DNA from: Balanoglossus misakiensis
Taxonomy: Eukaryota > Animalia > Hemichordata
Length of the DNA: 64,000 nt
Assembly: GCA_040954595.2 (NCBI GenBank)
Contig: CM082597.2
Location: forward strand, 8,328,343 to 8,392,342
Reading direction: 5' to 3'
A program made the translations under genes and the position numbers. The notes beneath the pieces are model-generated. The model saw only the letters and a program-made list of their open reading frames with translations. It searched no databases and was not told the DNA's origin. Positions 1 through 10,356 of this stretch are shown piece by piece; position 1 is the first letter of the stretch; the number at the start of each line of letters is the position of its first letter.

Positions 1-1458
1 TAGGAGAGATCAAAATACAATATTGATTGCATGGTCACACAATCACAAAACACTTTTTTTTTGTAAAATGTAAATTTTTTTATGTCTGCACATCATTTAC
101 TGTAATGTTGTAAATGTCAGGATTCATACACCCAGAATCACATAAAATTGCAGGAATTTTAACCTTTGTTTTAGTATTACAACCAAAAGCAAGTAATTTT
201 CAAGGAGTGATGACCAAAGAAATTAATTTTTTTTATTGAACCTAAATATACTTTTATCTGGAAAAACAATGAATAATTACACGACAAAAAAGTTTCCAAG
301 TTAGTTTTCAGGATTTTCCAGGAGTGCATGTATATTACTTTTGTTTTAAGGTACATCGTACTTCCAGGAACATTACAGGACTCAAGGATTTTCAAGGGCT
401 GTATGAACCCTGTCACACACAAACAAACGGATTTTTGAGATGGTTTGAGGTCGAAAAGCAATGCGCTAGTCTACACCACAGTCCCTCCACTGTTAGCTTT
501 GTCTACACTGACAAAAGGTCATGACCCTGGATCACACATGATGTTTCTCCTGTTTGGCATACAAACCATTAAACCAATGACGTAATTATCATAATGTTTG
601 GTCATGCAAATTCAAAGTTTTCCGCTGGGAGTCTAAAAATAACCAATCCAGTGTACTCGTACAGCTCATCCACGGTTATTAGAAGACCGTGGCTCACCAC
701 AGCATGGTTCTAGGATCTACGATTGAATCTCTAAGCATTTTTTGGCGTTGGGCGTTGGGATTGGTATTCAAATAATTTGGTGTTCATCAAACGTGTACAT
801 ATAATAATTAGTACATGTAATCGCCTAACGTTTTGCAAAGCCTAGCCTTGTCCATGCCATTCAGACGCCAATGTAATTTATTTACTGACAGGCGAATTGC
901 CCGCCAAAAAAGAATCCCGCCCCAAAAGGTCAATGTACGAGTATATTCACAGGGCGAAGGATTAGTTGAAACAAAGCAGTAGTGTCCGTAAGCTTTCGAG
1001 GGTCAAACACTGATGGGGGCATTGGGGGGTAAGACAAAAAGTAGTAGTTATATATAGAAACACATGTAACTCACACAACACAACACAGTATCATTGTCGC
1101 AATTTCTTTATTATCTTAATTGCAATTCATGCCTCCCCGCCATGCTGCCGCATTTTGAGGTTTCGATCTGTTGTGGTTTCGTTGTGCGCGCGCGTATTCA
1201 CTGTGTATATGTAGCAGTTTGGCATGAATCGTTTGCGCGCACACGACGTCGACTCTACCACTACATAGTACCAGACCGCAGACCAGGAACTGGCGACCCG
1301 CTGTTTGTTTCCAACGCCAAATTTGATTCTAATGTTGAATTTCCGAGAAAACAATTTATCTGACCTATAGTTTTCTTGGCTCGCCTACGTTTTAATTTGG
1401 AAACTTTTAAACAAATCATACGCCACCGTCTTGATGACTGGCCCCTATTTTAATAATG

Positions 1459-1505
1459 GTTTCGTCGTTTCGCTGTTTCGCCGTTTCGCTGTTTTGTTGT
1501 TTCGC
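1459..1505. repeat. Short (gtttcgcN)n repeat at the edge of the duplicated block
   Basis: gtttcgtcgtttcgctgtttcgccgtttcgctgttttgttgtttcgc, immediately before homology to 31223 begins. Confidence 0.55.
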
Positions 1506-1797
1506 AAAGTATAACAATGTCTTGTATCAAACATCATTAATGGAAAGGGGCAGCTAGAGAGAGACTTTGTGCAGTGATGAGAACTTACCAGACACAGGCA
1601 GGATCTACACACATCACCAAGAGGGTTGAAGCGATCACCATCAACATACAAGATATTATTGTATTCACACAGACTACAGTCTGGACAGCAATCAGAAGCT
1701 GTGTACAGTCCATGCTCACATGTTACTGGACACTATAATTCTGTACAGGTAATCTTGGAATCAGGCTGAAACAGGAACGACAACAATCAGGTTCATA

Positions 1798-2006
1798 CTG
1801 TAAAACAGTTCACTTTCGCGAGTATTAATTTTCACGATATCGAGAGAGGCCACTGTTTCGCGAGTATTCATTTTCACATTCTCTTATTTCATTCACTGCA
1901 TCGTTATCTTCAAAAAAATTGTTATGCGACTTTTTATTTTCATGCTATTTTGGCTCTCGCATAGTTCGCGTAAATTTATTGCTCGCGAAAATAACATGTT
2001 TTACAG
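1798..2006. mobile_element. TA-flanked ~205-bp MITE (Tc1/mariner-type), abundant family
   Basis: TIR ctgtaaaacactttattttcgcgag, usually TA-flanked. Other copies at 3175-3364, 13441-13648, 15793-15996, ~17358-17532, 21312-21520, 31511-31712, ~34467-34563, 35654-35860, ~36992-37182, ~37716-37923, ~40062-40265, ~41618-41792, ~46148-46365. Confidence 0.85.
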
Positions 2007-3476
2007 TATTTTGTAGTAGAAAACAGACATAGATATGACTAAGCTCCTGACCAGTAACCTTAAATTGTTTGAGGTATGTACGAGGTCAGATCTACATAGT
2101 CGACATCCAACACATTCTCAAAAAAGTGAAGTCTGCTCCAAGGGTTTGCATCAAGCAATCAGTTGCACCTTTTGTTTAATACACAGAAATAACTGAACTG
2201 TGAAGAATTTGACCAATCAGAAATCTTGTTAGATCTGTGCTACTGCATCCTGTGTTCTTACCTGACAAGTACAGCTCTGACATGGACCATTCCTCTTAAA
2301 CCACGTCTGTCCAAATGGATAGATGATTCCGGAAGCATCTACACATCCCGGAGGTTGGTTGCACGTCGGGCAGCATTGTCCGGGCAGGAATGTCTGAAAC
2401 TCGATTGCACAGGGAAGTTCTGGACACAGTACAGGTTCACATCCTATTTGTCCATCCTGTAATTAAACAATTGCAGATTGCTACTGATGCAATAAGGACA
2501 ACATAAATAATTCTTCGTTTTGCGTCTTTCCATAAGGTACTATACTTATGCCCAGTTGCACAATGATCACTTCACAGATGATGCTGAAATCATTGCAGAC
2601 ACATGCATGGACGGAAGGACAGAAAAATTGATTTACTCTTTAAGTTTCCGCATTCCAAAGCATGAACTAACGACACAATTAAATTTTGGAAGTCAACTGC
2701 TGTGGCTGAAATACATTAATATCAGATGGAACTACAGACTGAAGTAAAAATCATAATGACTATACAACTGCCATTGAAGAATGCAATAAGGCCAACATAA
2801 ATAAATTCTTTGTTTTGCGTCTATTCATAAGGTACTATACTAATGCCAATTTGCACAATGATCACTTCACAGATGATATTGAAATCATTGTGGACATACA
2901 TGTGCATGGATGGAAGGACAGACAGACCTCTATAGGGGGAACTGGGTTGAGAGGGTGAATAGACATGTACTTACTGAACACCAACAAATTGTACAGTTCT
3001 GATTGGCTGGTTTTAACGTCTCACCACTTTGAAATTCATTACCATCAAAGAAACAACTTGCTGGGAATATACAATAAAAAAGATAATATTGCAACATAAT
3101 CAGCAAATGACAGACATAATGGTTAGAAATACTGTATAGTACCAAATTGAACTCCAATGTACATTGATCACATACTGTAAAACACTTTATTTTCGCGAGC
3201 AAAAAATTTTCGCCAAAATAGTGTGAAAATAAAATGTTGCATAATTTTTTTAAGATAACGATGCAGTGAATGAAATAAGAGAACGTGAAAATTAATACTC
3301 GCGAAACAGTGGCCTCTCTCGATATTGCAAAAATTTCAACTTTCGAAAATTAAGTGTTTTACAGTTGTAATGCCATGTTTGGTCAACCAATTCAAAATCT
3401 CTACATTATTTTTTTCTTCTTCCAATTGCAAAGTAACAACAACATACAGTATGATATTTTATGTTTTACTATTCAC

Positions 3477-4705
3477 CAATCTGATTGAAATCAGATGTAG
3501 GGAACAGCGACTTGGTTTTTCTTATGCTGTCGCCTCACACTACATCTGACCAACTCTCAATGGAGATCCCGCTGAACTCTACGAGATTTACTGGGAATAT
3601 AAACCAATTAGAAGGCGCCTTATAGAAATGGATAGGCAACCCACAATCACATGACCTGCCTTTGCGGTTGTTACCATGGAGCTACCACAGACATATATCC
3701 CGGGCGCGAGAGTCGAATCAGCGTGGGGAATGGTTTCGAGCCAGTTCAGCGTGACGACTGAACCTCTATATTCCACCGGTCAACGAAATGTATAAGACGT
3801 GGCAACAAGTCGCAGTAAAATTGTTAGAGAATCGATTACATTTGTGTAAGGCCGTCCCAGAGAGAGATTCTGTCGCCACGATCGTTTGTATACACCAGAG
3901 TGTACCGACCGACTGCATAGTGCACTGACTTGACTAGCTGTGCATGCAGGTCTGTGTGTTCCCGGCGTTACACAGACATTAGAATAAGTTAATCGCATCA
4001 TATTTGGGGTCAGTTGAAGTAGACAGGGAAAGGATTTTGCACAGATTTCGACAGAAAAAGCTGCGGTCGGGCGTCCGGGTCCAGACCGCAGACGCACCAG
4101 TTTTGTCTATGGGGCCTTATGCAGGGCTGTGGTGCGTCGGGAACACACAGACCTGAACGCGGAGCTATGACTTGACATTCCTTAGCCGAAGTTAGCGTTC
4201 TTTTTAAAAATCTGTCACATAAATTGTTTTGGGATACATGGCAGTGAAATTTGGTTTATTTTTTATTAACATTTACATGAAGTACGTCATTTTCCCCGAC
4301 TGGCAGCATGACTACGAGGGCAAACATGACGACTTGTTAGGAGAGTTTATAAATGATCCACGACAGTTCATCATGTGTATATGGCTACAGCTCGACGTTG
4401 CACTGCTCTGCGAAAACCATTCGCATATGATGACGCCAAACAAAGAAAGATATCATGGGATTACATGTAATTGTTCACAAGAGAAAGCCAATCTGTCGTA
4501 TTCTGTGCGATACTCGAAGTCAACAACAAAATTTCTCCCATCTCCCAGTGCAATTCTTTAGTCGGCATAACAGTCAATCTGATTGGCCGGGTCGGAATGC
4601 GCGATTTCAGCGGGATCTCCATTGAGAGTTGGTGAGATGTAGTGTGAGGCGACAGCATAAAAAAAACCAAGTCGCCGTTCCCTACATCTGATTTTAATCA
4701 GATTG
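3477..4705. mobile_element. Non-autonomous DNA transposon, ~100-bp TIRs and 9-bp TSD (Mutator/MULE-like)
   Basis: TIRs 3477-3576 / 4606-4705 (caatctgattgaaatcagatgtagggaac...); flanks actattcac (3468-3476) / actcttcac (4706-4714); no transposase ORF. Confidence 0.8.
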
Positions 4706-4795
4706 ACTCTTCACTACATATCATTAGACCAATCAATAGATTTCTGTCACCTTACATATCTCTTCCAGTAACTGCAGGAGAATCTATTGTAGTAA

Positions 4796-5117
4796 AGCCT
4801 CTAGAGCTGCCACCTTTGCATTATTTTCATGATTTTATTTTCCAGCTTAGATTGGTTTATCTAAATAAGTTTACTGATTGGTATACATGAACACTTTATC
4901 GATGCCCGATTGTGGCTGTATGTAGCGATTCGAAAACATATACATGAACATCCATACAAACAGTACGCAGCAATCGTGGTATGCGTCACCAAGAGAAGAC
5001 ATACTGATGCAAATACAAGTTACATAGCTTAATGGTGAGAATTTTAAAGGATAGGGAAAAGGTTTGAAGTATTTTATTGTGGAAAAAAATGTGTGAAATT
5101 TGGCAGCTCTAGAGGCT
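4796..5117. mobile_element. TTAA-flanked MITE (Kolobok-like termini AG..CT)
   Basis: TIR agcctctagagctgcca / tggcagctctagaggct, flanked gtaa / ttaa; related end fragments at ~18005 and ~42870. Confidence 0.7.
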
Positions 5118-5453
5118 TTAAATGGTATGGTAAGATCCACATACTGAGAATGCGGAAGAAACAAAAAATTTTCTATTTTCGTTTCTGTTAGTAAATACTT
5201 ACCTTTGATCCAACCTATAGCCTAATATATCTCGCCCTCTAACGACCGCTGAGATAAAAAACTTTCCCCTGATTACGTCATACTCACCGAGTACATATAC
5301 CACCTGTCCAGCCGTGAATATTCAGTATTGCTCAGCACGAGAAATAACTGCTCAGGCCGAAACTATGCTGCCCGTGCACTGAGGACCCATCCAAAATTTA
5401 TGAATAATGGAAAAACAGTCACAGGTCAAGTGTGGGGAGGCGGGTGGGTATCT

Positions 5454-5552
5454 GGTTGGATCAAAGGTAAGTATTTACTAACAGAAACGAAAATAGAAAA
5501 TTTTTTGTTTCTATGGCATAAATACCATACCTTTGATCCAACCTATAGCCTA
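5454..5552. repeat. DIRS internal complementary region (ICR)
   Basis: 5454-5512 is the reverse complement of 5157-5215; 5508-5552 is the reverse complement of 10762-10806. Confidence 0.93.
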
Positions 5553-5625
5553 CAGAGTCCCAAGGAACAACTGGCGGTGGGACTTGAACCGAAAAAACAA
5601 AATTCCAACAGAAAGAACCAGGCTA

Positions 5626-8532
5626 TTACTTACTGTGAGCTGCCCTTTGAGCTACACAGATAGGACCCAAAGAAAATAAGCCATCTGATTCCGCTGCCAT
5701 ATCTCGCAGATAAGCAGAGGAAAAAGTAGTCTGTGATCTCCACTGGACTGCAGACAATAAATCAGCCATGGAAGTCCCTGAAAAAAGTGACCATGAAGCA
5801 GCAAGAGCTCTGACTTCATGAGCTGACACCTTAGCCCAGCTAATTGCTTCTTCTGAAGGGCTAGAATAAGCAAACTTAATAGTCTCGACGATCCATCTGG
5901 AAATAGTCGACTGTGAAATAGACATACTGGGTGTAACCCTAATGGAGATAAACAGCCTTGTCTGCTCTCCCCTCCTGTCTTTTGTTCTCTGCAAATAATA
6001 TTTCAGTGCTCTGATAGGACAGAGCAACCTATCCTCTGAACGCTGACCGACTAACTTCGTCAGTTTCGGAATAACCAGAGGCGATTGTGGCAGATCCGCA
6101 ATCCGATTCTTTGCCAAGAAAGCTGGGTCAGTAAGCAAAGTGACACTGTCTGCTGACCAACGAATATGAGCTGAAGCCATAGACAGGGCATGAAGCTCAC
6201 TACGGCGACCTGCCGTAGCTAATGCCAAAAGAAAAACAGTCTTGTACGTCAAGAACTTCATCTCTGCTGTCTGCAAAGGTTCAAATGGAGCTCCTAATAA
6301 AGCATGTAGAACCAAAGATAAACTCCACTGGGGAACCAGTGACTTTACAACTGGTCGCGCCAAAGAGAAATTATTAATCAAAGCAGAAATAGACTCGTCC
6401 AGAGTAGTAACTTCCTCACCCAACAATCGAAGTGTGTTACCTATAGCTGAACGGTACGCCTTAATAGTACTCACTGCTGTCTTTTTCTCCTTAAACAAGT
6501 AGAGGAAAAATTCTGCTAGCTGAGGAGGCGTGGGTCTGAGAAAATCAATCGACCTTTTCTCACACCAATGACGAAAGGAACACCACTTTGAATCATATGC
6601 TGCCGTGGTGGATGCTCGTCGGTGTTGTGCGATGCGCGAGGCAGCTTCTGCAGAAAAGCCTCTTGCCTGCAAACTGAGCTTGATAGTCTCCAAGCGTGGA
6701 GGTGAAGGTGTTGTGCTACCGGAGGCAGCCGAACAGTCTCCTCGATGCAATTGTGTGGTAATGTCAGTGGACAGTCCACCAGTAACTGGAGTAGTCTTGG
6801 AAACCAAGGACGTGTTGGCCACAGTGGTGCAACTAGAATTACTTCGCATTCTTCGTGTGCTACCTTGGAAATTACGCTGGAGATCAACGGTAGTGGGGGA
6901 AATGCATATGCCAACATTCCCTTCCAGCTGATTGACAGAGCGTCGCATGCTAGTGCTTGTGGTTCCGACCTTAGTGACGCGTAAATCGGGAACTTGCGAT
7001 TCTTGGCTGTCGCAAATAGGTCTACGTGGGGCCTGTCCCAAATCAGACAAATCTGCTCTACTAGCGGTTGCCGTAGAGCGCACTCTAGTGGATAGAACTT
7101 GTCCCGTGATAGAGCATCTGCCAGAATGTTGCTTGTGCCCTGAACGTGGAGTGCTTTCAGCGTGATGCTGTTCGCCTGGCACCAATTCAGCATGTCCCAT
7201 ACCAGATAACACAGGCTGGGTGATCTGGTGCCGCCCTGGTGATTTATAAATGCGACTACTGTGGTGTTGTCTGACCTGATCAGAATCACCTTGCCGCAAA
7301 TGTCTTGGTGAAAGTGGAGAAGTGCCAACTGAACTGCCTTCATTTCCAACCAATTTATGTGCCGCACTGACTGGTCGACTGACCATATCCCTGAGATTGT
7401 CCTGTCTCCCAAGTGTGCACCCCATCCTTGGAGAGATGCGTCCACAAACAGTGACACCGTCGCCAACGGGGATACTAGGGGATTTCCCTCGAGAGTATTC
7501 CCCCTGTCTAGCCACCATTGCAGGTGTGAAACTAGAGGTGGCTTTACCTGAATAAGGTCTGTCAACTGTCCGGATACCGGCCTCCAATGGGCCAACAGAA
7601 ACAGTTGAATTGGCCTCATATGTAGTCTGCCTAAAGGTATTGCCTCGGCTAGAAAGTTCATGCGACCCAGGATGCTGAGCAATGTGCGTGCTTGGACCAT
7701 GGACTCTGAACTGATCCGATGCACTTGTTGTTCTAATTTCAACAGGTTTTCCTCCGTAGGGAAAACTAAACCCTTGGACAGATCCATGACCATGCCAATG
7801 AACTGGATCCTCTGTGAGGGGATTAGACAAGACTTGTCTGTGCTCGGAATGAACCCCACACGAACGGTCTCCCGTAGTGTGGTTTGTGTGTCTGCCAGTG
7901 TCAACTGGAAACTGGAATTGTGTAGCAACCAGTCGTCCAGGTATGGATTGGCTTGTACTGCTCGGGAATGAAGGAAAGCCATCAACGCCCCTACTACCCG
8001 TGTAAAAATAGCCGGGGCAGTGGCCAAACCGAACGGAAGAGCCACAAACTGGAACAGTTTGCTCCCTATCGCAAAGCGAAAGTACCTCTGGAAGTGAGCA
8101 TGGATAGGAATGTGGAAATAAGCGTCCTGCAAATCTATCGTCGTTGCCCAATCTCCCGTGGAGAGAGCCTGACGAATAGTTCGAGTGGTCTCCATACGGA
8201 AAGACTCGATTATAATGTACTGATTGAGCACGCTCAGGTCCAAAATGGGTCTCCATCCCTGTGATTTCTTTGGAATAAGGAAAACACGACTGAAAAAACC
8301 TGTATCCTGAACTGGTAAAGGGACCTTTTGAATGGCCCCTTTTTCCAACAGCCCCTGTATGGCCCTCCACATAGGAGGGGAAGGGTGTGATACCAAATGA
8401 CTTGGAGGATACAACGAAAGGGGTGGAGACGTCCTGAAGAACAGACGAACCCCTTCCGAGACTAAAGAGAGGACTGTTTGGTCGTCTGTAATCTTCTGCC
8501 ATTCCTGGGCAAAATGTTTCAGACGACCCCAA
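5626..8532 (-). CDS. DIRS1 tyrosine recombinase ORF with long N-terminal region overlapping RT
   Basis: C-terminal YR catalytic residues: GRRSEL (R), HEVR (H-x-x-R), QWRS (W), SAYL (Y); LCPIRAL motif. Open for 968 codons; first ATG 8502. Confidence 0.9.
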   Translation of the reverse strand: MGSSETFCPGMAEDYRRPNSPLFSLGRGSSVLQDVSTPFVVSSKSFGITPFPSYVEGHTGAVGKRGHSKGPFTSSGYRFFQSCFPYSKEITGMETHFGPERAQSVHYNRVFPYGDHSNYSSGSLHGRLGNDDRFAGRLFPHSYPCSLPEVLSLCDREQTVPVCGSSVRFGHCPGYFYTGSRGVDGFPSFPSSTSQSIPGRLVATQFQFPVDTGRHTNHTTGDRSCGVHSEHRQVLSNPLTEDPVHWHGHGSVQGFSFPYGGKPVEIRTTSASDQFRVHGPSTHIAQHPGSHELSSRGNTFRQTTYEANSTVSVGPLEAGIRTVDRPYSGKATSSFTPAMVARQGEYSRGKSPSIPVGDGVTVCGRISPRMGCTLGRQDNLRDMVSRPVSAAHKLVGNEGSSVGTSPLSPRHLRQGDSDQVRQHHSSRIYKSPGRHQITQPVLSGMGHAELVPGEQHHAESTPRSGHKQHSGRCSITGQVLSTRVRSTATASRADLSDLGQAPRRPICDSQESQVPDLRVTKVGTTSTSMRRSVNQLEGNVGICISPTTVDLQRNFQGSTRRMRSNSSCTTVANTSLVSKTTPVTGGLSTDITTQLHRGDCSAASGSTTPSPPRLETIKLSLQARGFSAEAASRIAQHRRASTTAAYDSKWCSFRHWCEKRSIDFLRPTPPQLAEFFLYLFKEKKTAVSTIKAYRSAIGNTLRLLGEEVTTLDESISALINNFSLARPVVKSLVPQWSLSLVLHALLGAPFEPLQTAEMKFLTYKTVFLLALATAGRRSELHALSMASAHIRWSADSVTLLTDPAFLAKNRIADLPQSPLVIPKLTKLVGQRSEDRLLCPIRALKYYLQRTKDRRGEQTRLFISIRVTPSMSISQSTISRWIVETIKFAYSSPSEEAISWAKVSAHEVRALAASWSLFSGTSMADLLSAVQWRSQTTFSSAYLRDMAAESDGLFSLGPICVAQRAAHSK

Positions 8533-8699
8533 ACTGCTACTTGTGGCAATGGTGTCTGGGGCATAGTCACAGATTGTGACCCCCCTTTGTCCTGACTTGT
8601 GTAGTCACTTGTGCTGGCTGCTAGCCCCTTTGGGGGGCTTAGCCTGCTGACGAAAGGGCTGACCCTTCCTTTGCTTATTAAATGGTCTCTTCCTAGCAA
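6516..8699 (-). CDS. pol: DIRS1 reverse transcriptase / RNase H / methyltransferase-like polyprotein
   Basis: RT motifs WRPILDL, IDLQDAYFHIPI, LPFGLATAP, YLDD; RNase H motifs FVDAS, HINWLEM, SDNTT, ADALSR; MT-like DLFA...YAFPP. No internal stops; first ATG 8564. Confidence 0.93.
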   Translation of the reverse strand: MLGRDHLISKGRVSPFVSRLSPPKGLAASTSDYTSQDKGGSQSVTMPQTPLPQVAVWGRLKHFAQEWQKITDDQTVLSLVSEGVRLFFRTSPPLSLYPPSHLVSHPSPPMWRAIQGLLEKGAIQKVPLPVQDTGFFSRVFLIPKKSQGWRPILDLSVLNQYIIIESFRMETTRTIRQALSTGDWATTIDLQDAYFHIPIHAHFQRYFRFAIGSKLFQFVALPFGLATAPAIFTRVVGALMAFLHSRAVQANPYLDDWLLHNSSFQLTLADTQTTLRETVRVGFIPSTDKSCLIPSQRIQFIGMVMDLSKGLVFPTEENLLKLEQQVHRISSESMVQARTLLSILGRMNFLAEAIPLGRLHMRPIQLFLLAHWRPVSGQLTDLIQVKPPLVSHLQWWLDRGNTLEGNPLVSPLATVSLFVDASLQGWGAHLGDRTISGIWSVDQSVRHINWLEMKAVQLALLHFHQDICGKVILIRSDNTTVVAFINHQGGTRSPSLCYLVWDMLNWCQANSITLKALHVQGTSNILADALSRDKFYPLECALRQPLVEQICLIWDRPHVDLFATAKNRKFPIYASLRSEPQALACDALSISWKGMLAYAFPPLPLISSVISKVAHEECEVILVAPLWPTRPWFPRLLQLLVDCPLTLPHNCIEETVRLPPVAQHLHLHAWRLSSSVCRQEAFLQKLPRASHNTDEHPPRQHMIQSGVPFVIGVRKGRLIFSDPRLLS

Positions 8700-10356
8700 A
8701 CTTCCGTTTGCTGGTGACCTTTGACACAGAAACAGAAGACTGAGCTTGTGCTACTGCTAACTGTTCAACCGCCAACTTCTGTTTAAGCAACTCCTCATTT
8801 GTTCTAAGAACAGCATCAAATTGCCCATTAAAAACCAATGGACCTGACCATGGGAGAAGACGGGCAGTACGAGCTGCCTCCCTTTCCAAAGGAAGATGAC
8901 TGATGAGATGGTCACGCGTCATCAACACTTGAGACGCTGCCATACGGGAATTCAATTCTGCTTGATAAACCACAGCCTTAGCGGCTTCAGTTAACAACAG
9001 TCTGGCATGCTGCCAATTTTCTGCTAACTGAGGAGTAGATTCACCCTCCTGCATGGGTTTAAGCTCTCTGCTTAAAGCTGAGAGTAACAGAAAAGTGCAA
9101 TTAGAGATCCTTGCGGAAAGACGAGTAGTTGCCTCTAAGCGGGCAAAATCCTCAGCCCTAATCACATAATTCCTCAAAACCTCTTTATTTCTTACCAACT
9201 GCTTTGCGGATTCATCAACCGCTGGTGCAGAGTGGTAGAATGGTCCACGTGTAAGATCAAACACGCGACTACCCTGAGGTCTAGACACTAATGGGAAAAC
9301 ATGACTTGGCATCCCTTGAGGGTAACAACGAGGTTTCTTGTTAGCAGTGTAACAAAAGTCCCTGGTGCCTTTAATCTCGGCATGTACCGTGTCTATCAGA
9401 GACGACAGACGAGGAATAAAAGGTAGCTTTCGGTGTACCGGATCAGCTGCCTTACCCAACACATGCTCAAAAGAAGCCGTCAGCTGTTCCGCCGACACTT
9501 CAGCAGTGGGTGGGGGACATTCCTCAGGGGGTACAGTATTATACACTAGCATAACCGCGTCAGCCCATTGACTGGCGCGACTAGTTTCCTCTTGATCGGA
9601 CAAATTGTCTTCGTCCTCATCCTGCCCCTCTGACTCTGATTGTGAAACATCGAAGGAGGAAATAGGAGGGGCAGGGACAGTGTGACCACTGTGCACAGGA
9701 TTTTGGCCCGACACAGAGACCCGATTAGCTTGAGCAGGCATACCCCAGCTTGTGGACTGAAGTGGTGCCGCTAAATTAGAGGGAGGACAAGTCCATGGGA
9801 AACCCCACGACTGTTGGAAGCCAGGAGGGGGAAAATTCCCACCAGCCTGAGCGACTCCCGAAGCTAATTGGTCTGGTACACACATAGGGGGTGGGCCGTG
9901 AAGCCCTCCCCACACACTACCGGCACTACCTATGGACGTCGAAGGCACTGGATTAGCCAAGACGGAGGTAGGAACCGTATGAAAATACCTAGAAGACATA
10001 CCTGCATAATTCGGCCAAACACCTGACTGAACAGTTTGCGCCGATGAAACACCTCCCAAATGAGATGGACCCGGAACTGCTGCATCCAAAAGGGAAGAAA
10101 ACGGCAAAACAGGAGTTTCTGCAACCGTCCTAGTAGCTGATGAATCCAACTTGGATCGCTTCGAAACGAGCGAAGCCCTAGCAGAAGCATGGCCGCCCTC
10201 TTGGGACGACCCCCTAGCTAACTCAGAAAAAACATCAGGCTCTTCAGAGTGCGCTGAATGGAATTCTTGACCCGGAATAGGCAGTTGAGAGTCTTCTATT
10301 TCCGAAGGAGTACGAGAAGACGACCGCGACGCGGTGTCAGAAACTCTCTCCGTCAT
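8605..10356 (-). CDS. gag: DIRS1 ORF1, gag-like protein
   Basis: Long open frame (to 10494; first ATG 10356, MTERVSD) in ORF1 position, with S/P-rich N-terminus, helical core and basic C-terminus; overlaps the RT frame. Confidence 0.75.
   Translation of the reverse strand: MTERVSDTASRSSSRTPSEIEDSQLPIPGQEFHSAHSEEPDVFSELARGSSQEGGHASARASLVSKRSKLDSSATRTVAETPVLPFSSLLDAAVPGPSHLGGVSSAQTVQSGVWPNYAGMSSRYFHTVPTSVLANPVPSTSIGSAGSVWGGLHGPPPMCVPDQLASGVAQAGGNFPPPGFQQSWGFPWTCPPSNLAAPLQSTSWGMPAQANRVSVSGQNPVHSGHTVPAPPISSFDVSQSESEGQDEDEDNLSDQEETSRASQWADAVMLVYNTVPPEECPPPTAEVSAEQLTASFEHVLGKAADPVHRKLPFIPRLSSLIDTVHAEIKGTRDFCYTANKKPRCYPQGMPSHVFPLVSRPQGSRVFDLTRGPFYHSAPAVDESAKQLVRNKEVLRNYVIRAEDFARLEATTRLSARISNCTFLLLSALSRELKPMQEGESTPQLAENWQHARLLLTEAAKAVVYQAELNSRMAASQVLMTRDHLISHLPLEREAARTARLLPWSGPLVFNGQFDAVLRTNEELLKQKLAVEQLAVAQAQSSVSVSKVTSKRKFARKRPFNKQRKGQPFRQQAKPPKGASSQHK

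Noticed and set aside
5350-5416. Hammerhead ribozyme (gaaac ... ctgagga)
   Set aside because: Stems II and III and the UH cleavage site could not be assembled, and the motifs lie antisense to the element.
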